A stretch of 64,000 nucleotides of DNA from Phoronis australis (taxonomy: Eukaryota; Animalia; Phoronida): contig NMRA01000104.1 in assembly GCA_002633005.1 (NCBI GenBank), positions 1-64,000 on the forward strand, in the 5' to 3' direction. Shown here in pieces: positions 34,382 to 48,566 of the stretch; positions within the stretch are counted from its first letter, which is position 1; each line of letters starts with the position of its first letter. Under the pieces are notes generated by a model. The model searched no databases and had not been told where the DNA came from. It saw only the letters and a program-made list of their open reading frames with translations. The position numbers were made by a program, and so were the translations under genes.

Positions 34382-37018
34382 GTAAGGGAGGGAGTGTTGT
34401 ATTAGTTTGAGGGCATTGGTATCTTCCCATTATTTTATGAGATTGCAGGACGAAGACCTAACGGGAGGTATGTGAACTTGTGAACTTGCCTTATTTTTTC
34501 GCATTGTGTTAGTAAAATTGTTCTTGAACGCTTCATCATACCAAGCTCAAAATAGGCAGAACAGTACATTTACGGAGATTGAATTTTCACCCGCTACCAT
34601 TTCAAGATGGTGACGTTTTTATCGAGGGATCTAAATTTTGCCCAAAACTTGTTTTTGCCAACAGAGGTCACAACCTGAATGTAATGACTTTTAGTGTGAC
34701 AATGTTTTGTTTCCAAGTTGTCTGTTGCCCACATTTGTAGACTTCCACTTGAACTTTAAATTCAAGATGGTGCCTTTGGTTACCATTTTGTATTTTACAT
34801 TTGACTGGAGGTGCCTCATGAAATGGATTGGACAAAAATTCATAAGTGAATTCTTTGACATACTCCACTAAATGAAGTGGAACAATTTTCTCAAAAACTT
34901 AGGATTGTGAGGTACTAAAAATGACATATTTTGAATAATAATTTCTGTTGAATTCTATTTTGAATCTGGATTGTGAGATGACCTTGCAGATTATGTTTTC
35001 AGTTTTGTTTTCTGAATTCCGATAAATCGTTGTTGAGTTATTCAAGAATTTATGACAGCTTTGACAACTGTTCAAAGCTAAGTTTCTTTGTTATGCCGGG
35101 TTCTTGTATAAATAATAACATCTACTACAGATATCAGAGTAATGTATAAGTTCTGAATTCATGCCCATTTGACAGGAAATGTGCGTGCAACTTGCGTCAT
35201 TTCAGAACCTTAAAGGCTTTGTTTTCATCATGTTTAGATCCCTGTGTGAAGTTTTTGGTTGCGGCTTGCCATTGAGTTGTCAGATCGTGTTTGTGAAGTA
35301 TCTGACTGACCATGTTAATTGATCTCTGTTGTGTTGGCTGCCATACGCCAACATAGATTTGCCAGTAAAAATTATTAGTTGTAAAAGTTGTGGAATTTTT
35401 TATTTTCTTTTGTAGTCAATGTAACTGTACGTTTTTTGTGAAATGCTCATTGTGAAACTTTTGCTTGAATTTGAGTAGTATCGCCCGGTGACCTGTGCTG
35501 GTGAAGAGGTTAGGCTAAAGGATTGGTGTCCTGAGACTAAGTACGACTTGCAGCCGGATCAATATTGTTCATAAGTTTGAAAATTTGATTTCGCTTAGGG
35601 TTGCTTATCAGAACGGTTTCATTTATCTATTTTAGTACATAATATGAAATTCATTTTGTCAAATTTCCCAAAAAGATACATTTATGTAAATATACATTTA
35701 TGTCTGTTGCTAGTTTGGTTTGTAGTGTACAGATGTCATCAAACAACACTTAGTGAGGTTTCTAATATTTGCAGCATGGTAATCGCTTTTGAAAAACAGA
35801 AAAATGATAATTTTGGCAATTATTTTTGTGCGAAGTAAGTCAAGAATTGCATTTGTTTGTTTCTTTGAATTCACAATCTATACAAATGTAATAGCTGGAC
35901 CACCAGTTCATTATTGTCATTGGAATTAGAATTTGCACAAGCTCATTTTTTACTCTACATCTTTACTCAAACTTTTCCTTTGAAATGTGACTTTTGTCCT
36001 CCATTATATAGAATATATTTGCTTTTTTGTGAAAAGCTGTGTAGAAAGGTCTACACTGCCCTATTACGTGACATACGCCAGGTAATCTGAAACAACAACT
36101 GCCATATTCCTTCTAATCATTAATTTTAGATTGCTTCCCAAGAAAGTCAGCACTATTTGGGCGACAGTCACTTGTGGTTCACATTGGCAGCAGATGGAAA
36201 GTTGTGTATTGAGTAACTGTGAAAGCGCAGGGGCCCCCGTGGTATATGTGGTCTTTCCTAAAGTTTCTGGCCTTTAGCTGAATGGCTTATCCATTTTCAT
36301 TTGTGGACCTGGGACCTAAGTCAGTTCTTGTGCTGATTGAACAAGTGGGAAAAAGATTTAATGCATTGTACATGTTGACATTAAACACAAGTCTGCCATG
36401 CAAAAACATATCAAAAAGACATCTCTGAGGTATCTGGTTTCACTTTACACAAGCAGATATTGCCACACTGGCAGAACCAGTGGTAGTTGCCTGGAGAAAA
36501 ATCTCTTTTTGTCTTCACCAACTTCGATCTCCATACCCCTTGTCACTTGATCCAACTAATTGATTACAATTCCGTGAAGCAACGACTTTTTTTTCTATTT
36601 TGAGCCTGCTGTTATAGTTTCAAGTGTCGCACAGGCTTTAAAATCTCCGAGTACTCCCACCCTATGTTCTCATTACTATATCTGTGACTGCTGACCACCA
36701 GGTGGTCAGGTTAAACTTGAGTGCACACTGCTGTGAGGTCAGTTTACATGCAGAGTGATCACTCTGGCTGGTGCCAGCAGGAGTCAAAGGAATGACCAGT
36801 ATGTGTGTGACTAGGGTTCAGTTGCTGCTATGCATATATGTCTTCTTCAAAATTCTAGTTTTGACCATTTGATGTCGTCAGAGGAAATTGTATGATACAT
36901 TGGGAAGTAAAGTAGTTCAACATTATTGAGCATTCGCCTGAGACATATTTTGTGTAGTTCCCTGTATTTTTAGCCCCTGATTAGTGTTTTGTGGTTTTGA
37001 TTACCTGGTACTTATAAT

Positions 37019-37428
37019 CAGGGCTCGACATAACGAGCTGCAGGTCGCATTTGCCACCTGAAATTTGGAAATGCGAGCTGAGATTTTTGTCAGCTCGTAT
37101 AAAGTCGCAAAATGCGACCTGGAATTTCCAACGAATGCGAGCTGAGTTTTTACACTTCTCAACAGATACCCGGTAAATACGAATCAGGTCTTGTTAATCC
37201 GACTGTTATTTGGTTGTTGCCAAATAGAAGCTCAAAAGAACACTAACCGAGAACTGCCCTCCCGATGACTTGTAAGCATGTCGCGTGAACATGGGATATA
37301 CAGAATCGATCTTTGACGCGTTTCATTGGCTAACACTTTCGGCCACTTTTGTAAATTCCCGGATTCGCGGAAGAAAGTTTCGGGCCACTGCTTAACACGT
37401 GATAAAACTTCACAAAACAACGGTGTTT
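37019..37428 (+). mobile_element. hAT-like MITE left part, truncated by contig break
   Basis: Begins CAGGGCTCGAC with repeated GCGA(G/C)CTG and GTCGCA subterminal motifs; ends at a single n (37429). Confidence 0.65.
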
Positions 37429-40351
37429 NGGAAATTGTATGATACATTGGGAAGTAAAGTAGTTCGACATTATTGAGCATTCGCCTGAGACATATTTTGT
37501 GTAGTTCCCTGTATTTTTAGCCTCTGATTAGTGTTTTGTGGTTTTGATTACCGGGTACTTATAATGTTTTTATTACATTTGATATCGACAATATCTCTAA
37601 CGCTGATCTTTATTAACTATACATCTTCAGGTGAAAGGAATAACAGCCTGAAGTCACTGCATTATACATGGCCTTTCACTACACCTGCTCTGGTGTTTTT
37701 TGTCAGTCTATTGTTATGTCTGTTGTCATGCTGAGCTATATCATCATGCCTGAGCATCAGTCACAACACACTCTGCCCATATATCACCATGTATCTAACT
37801 CTTATCTGGTTACCCAATCCTTGACTATTATTTATGTTTAACCACTACTGATCCTAATCTTATTCATGTCTACAGTTTCATGAATAGGACCATTGACTGC
37901 ACAGTTAGCCCCCTTCACACACATGGTCCATTGTGTGCTGAGGATTTAAATCTAAACAACCAGTAGCATGTACCTAAAAGGTATCCTAGCTCAGAGACTA
38001 CAGTAACGGCTCTGGAAAGATGTGTGATTTTAAACAAGCTGATGCCAGGTTGGTGGAAGATTTTTTCAAGTATTCAGTGTAGAAGGAAGTTAAATATTTA
38101 TACTGTTTTGTACTGGTGTGAGGCAGACAGCCATTATTGTCTGCTCTGTTTGAGTTTATGGGTTAGGTAAACACAAAGGTAGTGTTGAGCGTGTTCGAGT
38201 CTGTGTTACTTCACAAAATGGGATTGTAGTACCTGTCTACTGTGCATGTTTCATGGAAATGAGATAGAAATAGATTGCATAGATTAGACTTCACTTTTGT
38301 CTATTGACACAATGTATATGTTTTTCACTTAAAACACAATCTTAATTTGTGGCAGACCACCAATAGATAACAGGACCAGTTGGCCTGCTGGTTTGGCTGG
38401 TGTGAGTATGTGTATTAACAAATTAGATTAGCTTGTTATACTGTTAAACTATACAGATGGGAGAATGGAACATTGTGGAAGTACAGAGCTGTAGGAATTG
38501 ACAGCCTGTAATATATAGAAATCAGAATATTTGTTAATACAGCGGCCCTTTCTAATAAACAGGCTTAAGTTCATTTTTGGCAAACTTTGAAACTTCTGTA
38601 TCCTGTAAGTTGGTCGAGCTTACAACAAATTTCAAGTCAAACTTCTGGTCACTTTTTAAGAACGAAATTAAAACAAACTGGAATTTTATCTTAAAATTGG
38701 CTTAAATTTAAGATTTTTCTCAGCTAAGTCATTTTCCTTAGAATGGGCTTGTGAGCAGTAGAGGTTGATAATGTACATTATTATATGATTTGGACATATT
38801 ATAAACTGATAAACTTAAATTCAGAGTCAAAAACTCTGTATTGGCAGCTCATTTCTTCATATTGGCCTCTGTTATGGTAACACCTATTTTAATTCCTTTC
38901 AGCATTTTTTTCAGCAAATGCAGATGGCGTTATGACATCGTGGTTCAATCCCTGTATCTTCCTGTTTTGCAAGCCACTACTATACCTGTGAACCACCAGC
39001 ATGTCACTCAACTCTCGAGTATTAGGCTTTTCTATGTCATCCGGATTCTTCCGTCATTTGTTTTTAAATAACTGTATAAATATAAGCCTACAGGTGACTG
39101 CAACGCATCGAATTTCTCACCATCCCGTTATTGCTCAAAAGACAAAGGTGTGTTTTCAAAGGCTAAATGTCCACTGAACTTCAACTTTGAAACGTCAACG
39201 GGTGCTGACACTCAGCTTGCGATCGCTTTGATATAACTAAATAACTTTTGTCGATTGTTTTGCATTAAAAACAACCGTTGTATGACTGCAAAACAAGGTG
39301 TCTTTCCCGATGTTCCTTTGTCAATTCTTTGCATCTGGAAGTTTTTTTTCAAAACCTCTCCACAGCATTTTGTGTAAAGAATGATGTCTGACTGGAACAA
39401 CATCCTATCATGTATTACTTAACGTGTGTAATCATATATATATAAAGGAATTAATATTGATTTTCGCACTTAGTAAATATGTTTCAGGAACCCAAAAATA
39501 TGACCATGATCTTGGCTTTGCCTCAGTCATTATCACATTTTTGAAGTCTGAAAACCATGGTGAAAGTCAATAATTGCATTATGTACAGAGACTTTGTATT
39601 CACTTCTGCCAACCTGTTATGAAATCTACCCAATAAGAATGTGGATGGACAAAGCAAGTACCTAGGAGAAAATGTTTCAAATGTGATCTATCTAAGTCTC
39701 CGTTTTCATAATACAGTTGTTTCCTTCAATTTTATTTATTTTCAATTTTCATACAGACTGAAGTTTCATGCAATGAATGTAAACTGTAGAGATTGTTATA
39801 CAATTACGTGGAATGAAACTCTTGAATCCGCCCGTATCATGGCATTGTAGGTAACTTGTTCCAATCCAGCCCTATACCACGCATATACTACCCTATCTTG
39901 TACAATAAACTGTCTAGCTTGAGTGTGTGATATGACCTTGATATATTGTATGCCACTATTTTATGACTGATATCAGCACTTGACTGCTGTCATGGTGTCA
40001 TCAACAAGTCAAGGAAATCCTTATCAAAGGAGTACCGATACGTTGTTAACCCCTACAGCTGTGTTTCGGGAAGAAAGTCGAACGAAAGGGGAGCTTTTCC
40101 ACGGAAGTTCCTTACTAATGGGTCTCCTAACCAAATACCCCCGTCCCATCCCCGAGGATCTGTGGTTGGTTTAAAAGCTTTGACTTTTCAAGGCTCATGG
40201 CTGACGTAGGTATCTTGTAGTATGTAATGCAATAATACACTTTTGTTCACTGTAGTCGTTTGACAGCTAGTTATATTTATCGTCAACTTCCAAGGACATT
40301 AGCGTGGGAGTGTCTTCCTACTTCCCTTCCTGTAAGAAAAATGTTTTATGT

Positions 40352-40857
40352 GGCTTTCCCATTAGAAGCAAAACTTCACTTTTACTGAAGTTTCGGTAAG
40401 TGGGAAGGTTAACCGTGATAGTTAATCTGCAAGTGAAACTTTGCTTAAAACAGTAGGATTTAAAAGTGGAGCTTAGGAACTCACCAAAGCTTCGGTGTAG
40501 TGGAAATACTAAAAGCGAAGCTTTGTGGAAGTTATCGGTTGAGGTCGTAGCAACGATATACAATCACGAGAGATTTTCAAAACGTGTTCTTTGTTAGTTC
40601 AGCGTAGACGGATGTAAATAAATAAAAGAAAGTGTATCTGATAAAGGATGACACTGGTCATTAAAACACTTGCAAATGGCAGACGAACAATTATCAGTTA
40701 GCCTCAAACCCAGTACTAAATATTCGTTTGAGAGTACGAATGAACTGGGTCGTCTATTGTCATAGCGATAACTTCGATATCGCTGTGTAGTCAAAAAGGT
40801 AAGCGAAGGTCCGGTGAAGCTTCGCTAAAACGAAGTTCCCCTAATGGGAAAGCGGCC
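40352..40857. mobile_element. Harbinger-like MITE
   Basis: gctttcccattag...aacttcactttactgaag / gaagcttcgctaaaacgaagttcccctaatgggaaagcggcc inverted ends; a related fragment lies at about 40060-40125. Confidence 0.55.
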
Positions 40858-43648
40858 TCAGTTTTGTTTCAGTTGATGGGACAGTATGCATTTTTTATTT
40901 GTTTATAATGTGGAAAGTATCTTTATACTGCCCTGTCTAAATACTTTATAGGGCTTGGTTCACAAGAATGCTCTGCCTCATTGAAAAGTCAGATAAAATC
41001 TAAAACAGTTGAACTACAGTGTGTTAATGCATTTGGGTGTTTGCCCAATCTTGAAGTGTTGACAAATACCATATCATCTGTTTAATGTATGCCCTGCTAC
41101 AGTAAAAGTTTGGGACAGTAAAAAATTTGGATTTTTTTGCTCAAGCTCGGAGCTTTCCCAAATTCTAGAAATACGCAATATTGGTTGTCCCAAATTCAAG
41201 AATCAGCGGAGAGATGGCAAAATTACTCACTCTGTAGATTGGATACACATTGTCGGAAATTTCAGAAATACGATGAATGCCAAAATCGCCCTTGTCCAAT
41301 ATTACAGAATGATGAAAATGCATTTTTGCAGGAATGTTTGTGTCCCAAATTTTAGAGATTATCCCACATTGGAGTGTTTTTACCTATCCACGACCATGCA
41401 CTCCTTTTGGCGAGTTACCCCATCACTGCCAAACATCCCGTAGCAGCTATTTGGATACTGTTGGCGTGACTTGTACCTTGTTGATGGCCTAGTGAGCTGA
41501 AACACCTAATACTCTCATACTGGTGGTTTAAGAAACAATCATTTTATTATCAATCATATCTACCATTGTCATGTTTTTGAACCTACTATAGATAATTGGA
41601 TTTTCGAAATGTAGCTTCTGTCTGGTTCTGATGATGAAGTCACACTTTTCTAAATACTAGATATGTCTGTTGACACCAGTTTCTTGATAGATCAATCATT
41701 CCATCACAGTTTATTTCATTTAGAATGGGGTTCACCTGTAGAATGAGTTCTGAGAACCCCTAAAGCAGATAAAGCAGGTGGGTAAGTTAAATCATTTTAC
41801 TGCATGATATGTAAGTAAATACCTGTAAGTATACCTGTGCTGTGTGTTTATGATTAAACCTCCAAGGCAGATTGTAACCTGATAGGTGTATATTGCCAGT
41901 TATCACCTGGCTTCAGTTTCTTGTGACTGCTGGCCCACCCTGGGCTTAGCTCTCTATTCTACCTGGGTTGAAGACTGCTGCGGCTTTTATTGAGAATTTA
42001 TTTAGTTTGCTACCAAGTTTTTAGAATATTCTGAATTGTGATGTTGCTGTTATCTAGAGTGATTATGAAAAGGGTGTCGAAATGAATTTTACCAAAAAGT
42101 AAATTCACTCGACTGTGGAACAGGTAAATTATCTGCAAACCAATATGCTTATCATATTGCAATTTTGATAACATTTAATATGTAGAGATCAGTCCAGAAA
42201 TGCCATGTTACGCAGCTCAGTTTTGTTCAAGTTTAACAGTGATGTCCCTATAGTTGAAACTTCATTGTTTTGTTTCCAAAGTTCCAATTTACCTGTTCAG
42301 TGTTGCTTGTAAATTGGTAATTGAATTTTGTAAATTTAAATTACAGTGGATTTGCTTTGATTTCCCTGATGATAAGATTTAAATTTTAGTAAGTTATTTT
42401 TAAAGTCTATGTGGATACCACGATAGAGTAAGTCATTTACACAGAGACTACATACTTGCCATTTTGGTTGTTTCAAACTGCAGTCAACAGTCTTTTTTTC
42501 AAGTGCAGTTCAAAACGTCATAAACAGCAAGCTGGAAGTTTATGAGTAAATAAATTAATTTACCCTACCTCCACCAGACACTATGGAAAACTTTTTCTAT
42601 GTGGATACCGTTGGGTTTACAGTTAGTGATTGTTTAATGTAGATGAAGCCACTCCTGTGTCTGGATAAGACATTGTTTTTTCCTGTGTTCAGTTTATTTT
42701 GTTAGCCTCTGTTGTGGTCATGTCATTTTCTAATTTCCTTCTTGATGGCTCACTTGATAGTTTTAAGTCCATATTCTTCCCATCGGTAGCCAGTCTTTCT
42801 GCCTCCACTTTTCGCACCTTATCTGGCAGAATATGTTTACTACAGCAGCTTGGTTTCATATTAAAAAGCTGTTCTATATCACAATATACCTTAGAGTGAC
42901 AAGTGTTTATATTCAGGGGGATGCTTTTATTTTGATGACTTCCTTAGAAAAACACCACTTACCAGAAATAAGCTTAGTTAAGCCTGATGCTGACACAGTG
43001 GCCAATCACCATGTTTCCCCTAATGCTAATTGAGAGTAGCCTGAATGTGTGTCCTGAAAGCCTCATTCTTGAATTTACTTAACAAAGCGATAAGAAGACT
43101 TACTTGCGCTCTTAAGGATCTATGAAAATTTAGGTAAAATTTGCTTATTACTTTTTTTCTTGGAAGAAAGTAATCCATATTGTCAGGGCATCGTTATTAA
43201 TTTGTTAATGACATTGAAGATGTTTGCATGATTTGTTTCCAAATTCCTTCATACAGTGTTGGGCTGCATCCTGAAGACTCTTGAAGAATTTTTATCGTTA
43301 GTGACCTTGCAAAAAAAACATTGCTGTCTTTCGTGTCAAAAATGCCAGATCTTCAAGAGGCATTGGTCTGCCTAAAGCCAAGTACTTACATATGTGTTGG
43401 CCGTGTTACTAATGATTTTCACACACCAGTATAAAACCAGTCCTGAGCTGCAGGGAGTAGGGCTCTCTCTCAGTGGGATATCAATTACATTGTGGACTGT
43501 TGGTAACTGTACACCATTTGTCTTTTGTAGATCTTCATTGTTGAATTTTGTGTGGGTTTCAGGACAAGCCCTGTTGGTAGTTACTACATATATTGTGTTG
43601 TTTGTAGATTGTGTGTGAGATGACCACAAACCAGTAGGAGTCAACACC

Positions 43649-43712
43649 ATGGACACATTTCTGTGTGGAGTACTTACAGTTTTCCTGTTGGGTCTGGCTA
43701 CTGGCCAAATAG
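43649..43712 (+). CDS. Ig-CAM gene signal-peptide exon (exon begins 43608)
   Basis: acaccATGG Kozak context; MDTFLCGVLTVFLLGLATG^QI-|gtaagc has a hydrophobic core and an A-x-G cleavage site; phase 1 joins exon 45004. Confidence 0.85.
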
Positions 43713-45003
43713 GTAAGCACATGAAGCTGGTATTTGTCATGTTCCGTGGTTTCTGAAACATTTGCTGGTAAAAAAATGTTTTTCAAGTGAAGAATCTCGT
43801 GGATCATACCATTATGTTCATGTGTTATATTTTATCAATTAGTTTGATGGAAAACAGGTGCCGAATGTACATTTTTAATGAAAACATTGCACTTCTGCCT
43901 AAGTAAAGTAGCTGCTCACCTCCAGAGGTCACTCTCCATCAAATATTTTTGAAGCACCAGCTTTCAACAGAAGAAAATACATTTTTGACAACCTTGATTG
44001 CTACAGAAACACCTTATGTACACGGTGGTTCTGTGACTTTCTTTAAATAGTCTAGATTTTCTATATTTATGGAGATGACCAGAGCTTCTCCTAATGTGAA
44101 ACTTTTCACTGGAAACTTGCAAATGAGGAACTTACCAGGTGGTGGCTGTGAAATTAAGTCCAAACTAATGTATCCAGGTGACAAAGTACCTTTATCCTGT
44201 GGACAGGTCTACACTGATGACCACCTTTCTTTTATCAATGTATTCAGATGATAAAAACAAACTTATTTTTCATTAGTGCCATCTGTTGAATATTAAGTCG
44301 GCCATTCTGTGAATGGCTACAATAACTTGTGTGGGATTCTTTCAACGCCTCTTAGCTGAGAAGTCCGTTGACAACTGTAAGAGTGTCGTTCTGTGAAAAG
44401 CTGGTGAGAGCTAGCAAATTCTGAGGCTTAAAGGCCTTGACAGAAAACCACAAACATTGTTTCCCCCTAGAGAAACAGAATTTTTATTTTTTTGCAAAAT
44501 TCCACGTCAGTTGTGGTGAAAGTTATAGTAACCTCCGTGACAAATCGTGATTTTTAACCAACACATTGACATGCATATTAGCATTCAAGCGTTACTTCTG
44601 TTTGCGCCATCTTTCTATGGTCGTCAAGGATTGTAACTTATTTGATTTTATGGTATGGTAATTGAAGAAATGTGGTTAAAATTCTTCAATTTGGGACAAA
44701 AGCTATTATCAAAATTGCCATTTTAATAGTCTAACTACCTTGGTGCAAATGCTAAAAAGTTTTATCAAGTGTTGCTTGGTAACAGCTGTACCATAGACAC
44801 CATGATAAAAGCAAATTGAAATTTCTTGAAAAGTGTAATTTCTTTTGAAATAGTCATCAAAATGCTCGTTCTATTTAGTCACATATTGAAGTATTTTTAC
44901 TGTGCTATGTTTTTGCCAAAAATGTCTAGTAAAGTGCAGAAAATAACTTCCAGTTTTATTAAAAATTATCCAGTTGTATGGTGTGCTTTTTGCTCTCTTC
45001 CAG

Positions 45004-45112
45004 TCTACCTACCACCAGTGATAACTGAACAGCCAGCTGAGGAGACCTTATTCACAGCAGGCGCTGCTCAAATTAAACTCTACTGTCAAGCAAAAGGAGT
45101 ACCAATGCCTAG
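45004..45112 (+). CDS. Ig-CAM gene, Ig1 first half
   Basis: ttccag|YLPPVITEQPAEETLFTAGAAQIKLYCQAKGVPMP-|gtgagc. Confidence 0.92.
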
Positions 45113-48100
45113 GTGAGCGGTGTCTTGTCATTATTGTTCAGCCTACAGTAACTGTTGTCCTATCAACGCACTAGACTTTCAGAAATGCGTTCTCCGCCAC
45201 CAGTTCATAGACTGATTGCCATTTTTGAATGGCATTTAAATATGTGGTGTGGTTACATGAGCCAAAAAAGTTATTCAATGTGACATATAAAAATATTGAC
45301 ATTTGAAAGTCGGCACACCAGCTTCCTAATGACTCACTGAGTGACCTAACCGGGCTTGAAGATGACAAAACAGTACTTTGTTTCATCCCTGCTAATGTAG
45401 AAATTAGTATTGCGGAAGTCCTTAGCAAACAAGGTTCAGATTGTTGTCTTCGCGTGCTCCAGATATACCTATATTTTGGTATATCACCCCCCCAAACACT
45501 ACTTGTTTTATAGCCAAAGCTACGCCTAAGTTGTTTTGAAGATCTTACTGTCGAAATGGCATGTTTTTCTCTTCATCTTTCCAAACACTGTCAGTGACCT
45601 CCTATTGACCGATCAGCTTTTGTTTATTTTGCATAGTTTTGATTATGACCTTTGTCAGTATTGTTCATTGAGCTAATTACGCTGAACAACAACCCAGTAA
45701 GTTATACATGCGTATGGTGAAAATTGCCTCTCAGGGTTAAGGCCCTATTAGCTTGTGTTTGTTATTGTGGGAACCTGACTGGCCCTTGTCCAGTCAGGAT
45801 GACTGTGTTAGCTCCACTAGACATGCTGTTTTTAGATCCTCTTGGGATATCAGTGAAACCAGGCAGAAAAACAAGAGTTGGATTTTCTTTTTCCACTTGC
45901 ATTAAAAATAACCATAACTGATTCCAAAATCTCTTTAGGTTGATGCACTTTTGTCTCGTTGGCTTTAAGTAAGCATAATTAACCCTTCAGATACTTTTGT
46001 TGAATATAGAAATAAAACCTTGTGGTATTTAAAAAAAAATAATGCGGTCAGTTTATAAAAAAAAATTTGTGAAAGGGTCGTCTGTTCTGATGACATCGTC
46101 ATGCGTCTAGCAAGTCGCACAGTTTTGCTTCCAGCGTTCCTTATCAGTTGCGCCCTTCTTCGTGCGCAATCGCGACAAAATCCCATCAGTTGCAAGTAAA
46201 AACTATGGCCAAAGTTGCCCTTTGGCCATTTTTAAAAGCGTTGCGCGCAGTTTTAAAAATATTGTGCGATGGCAGTTATGTTACAAAGTTTGGAGCGTAA
46301 AGTTAGTGCTACTCATTTTTTTTGAAAAAAACGAAGTAAATATTCTCTTGCTTCTGTTTCTTTCTTGTTGGGAATAAAATTGAAAACATTCAAGCGCTTG
46401 ACAAGGTCTTGTCACCAGACTGTGATAAAGTAGCTGATAGACTAGTGTTAAATACTCTAGTGTGAAGGTTGAAGTGAGGTATAGCAGCAATCTTTGTTTA
46501 ATTCCGTCTGCTGTGCGGTGGTATTACAAAATGATTCCTACGAAAATATTCAATGTCTTCAAAAATTTTTAAGTGATAAGAGGTCAAAGATGATTCTATA
46601 AAGAAGAAAATAAAAAAGTTGTTACCACAGTGGGAAATTGTGTCAAGCGTTATTTACAAGGTGTATGCTGTGTGTAAATTTTGTGTTGGTTGGACAATAA
46701 ATGCAACAGAATATGTGACAGTATCGTACTTGGCGAACATTTTTTCCCGCCTAAAAATCTATGATAAGGTGTTAGTACTTGGTGAAAAAATTCTAATTAC
46801 CCATCTGCATGAATTTCAAGTGTGTTGTGAAGATGAAAAGCATGCTTATATCAGCCTTGTGTCCATAGTCAAGATGGTCCAGTGGTCAAGATGGTCCATT
46901 GGTCATATGTGACTTCAACAGGGTGCTAGTGTTATGTGTAGGTTGACCATTAACGTCAAGATAGAAGATAAGAGTGAATTATAGCTGTGAACTCTTAAGG
47001 ATGCTACTGGTTTAGAAACAATTCTTTGTGAATCTTATTTTTATGTCCAACAACCAAGTCCAGGAATGAGTTTGTGCTTTTGGACTGATTTGGGTTTTAA
47101 TGGGTGATGTGTGCAGTTTTATATTGAAGAATTGACATGTGCCAAAGAAAAAATTAAGTTTCACCAAGTAATGTGGTGGTTTGCAATGATAACACTGCAT
47201 GCAGGGTAGGGTTCAATAATGCTAGGACCTTGCGAGGACCTTATGAAAAGCAAGACTGTGAGATTACAGGAGATCATGTATTTTAAATGAGAAGATTTGA
47301 TTTAGGCTAGATTTTTCTAGTCGCGAGACAGCTACTGAACTCTACTCAAGGTTTTAACTTCTTTCACTGGACTTATTTGTGTGCAAGGATGAACTGTGAT
47401 GCTGAGAGAGGTTGGTGTACCTCCAACTGCTTTACAGCCTGAAGCTTTCATTCAGTCATGCTACCTGATGAAGCTTACACTATTCTGGCATTGTTAGTAG
47501 AACAACCACAGTTGCCTTGTTGGAGACCATGTAGACATTGTGTGGTTACTGGACATAATTCATTACAAGCAAGCCAGTTGGGCACAGTGTAAACAGACAA
47601 TTAGGCTTGTGGTTTGTGATGCCATGTTTCAGACACATTTAGCTGATTGGTGAGACAAGCAGCTTCCACCTTGTCTATGGTGTCAGGATGCTGTCACTAC
47701 ATACTGCAGGTGTCAAGGCTATAGGCACAACTGAAGCTACTTGTAGTGAAAACTACACTCATAAGCGTGTCACTTTTGAAGCTTTATTCTGCAACAGCAG
47801 CAAAATGTCACACTTTTTGACAGATATTTACATACTTACGCCACTGTGTTGAAGGGGGGAAGGGCATTTTTGACGTTATCATTGGTAAAAATGCATATCC
47901 TTTTGTTATGTTTTCAAGACATTTTCCGTTGTGTTCTGCATTCCTTGTAGAACTTGAAAAATGACCAGCTAGAATGTCTGAACATCAAGTACTAAGTTAT
48001 TAGTGTAGATGACATGATGTCCATATGCGCATACAGAATAACAATCTTACTGAAGTAGGCCTACAACCCACCATGTTTTCAGTGTTAATTACTGTTTGTA

Positions 48101-48426
48101 AGGGTGTATGTGTCATCCATGTAACAGTAGAAAGTGATATAAATGGACCAACAAATGGTCTTGCTTCTGTATTCACCTCCACTGAGCAAGCAATAACCAA
48201 AACAGATGGTGTTAGGTCATTGTCTTTCTGTCACAGAATTGACTGAGAAGAGTAAAGATGCTGGCTTCCTGCTGGGCCATTCATGTCACAGTCAATTTTC
48301 CTTCCTTGGATGATAAATGCTCGCTAGGGGAACTGAAATTAAGAAAGATTTCAAGATAATCAAGGATCTGCATAATTTACTAATGTAATATCAAAGACAA
48401 TTGCTTCTCCATTCAATGCCTGGCTA

Positions 48427-48566
48427 CATATTGTTCATGCATGTTCACATGTATTCCCTTGTTCCATTTCTTAGACACCACTACAACATACTGTTTATAT
48501 TGTTCATGCCTGACCGCATGTATTCCCTTGTCCCATTTCATAGGCAGGATTAAAACATACTGTTTG
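48427..48566. repeat. ~70-bp diverged tandem duplication
   Basis: atattgttcatgc...catgtattccc(c)ttgt.ccatttc...aacatactgttt occurs twice. Confidence 0.7.

Noticed and set aside
36883-37565. 136-bp direct repeats as LTRs or a long TSD
   Set aside because: The n at 37429 and the filled/empty-site pattern point to haplotype overlap at a contig join.
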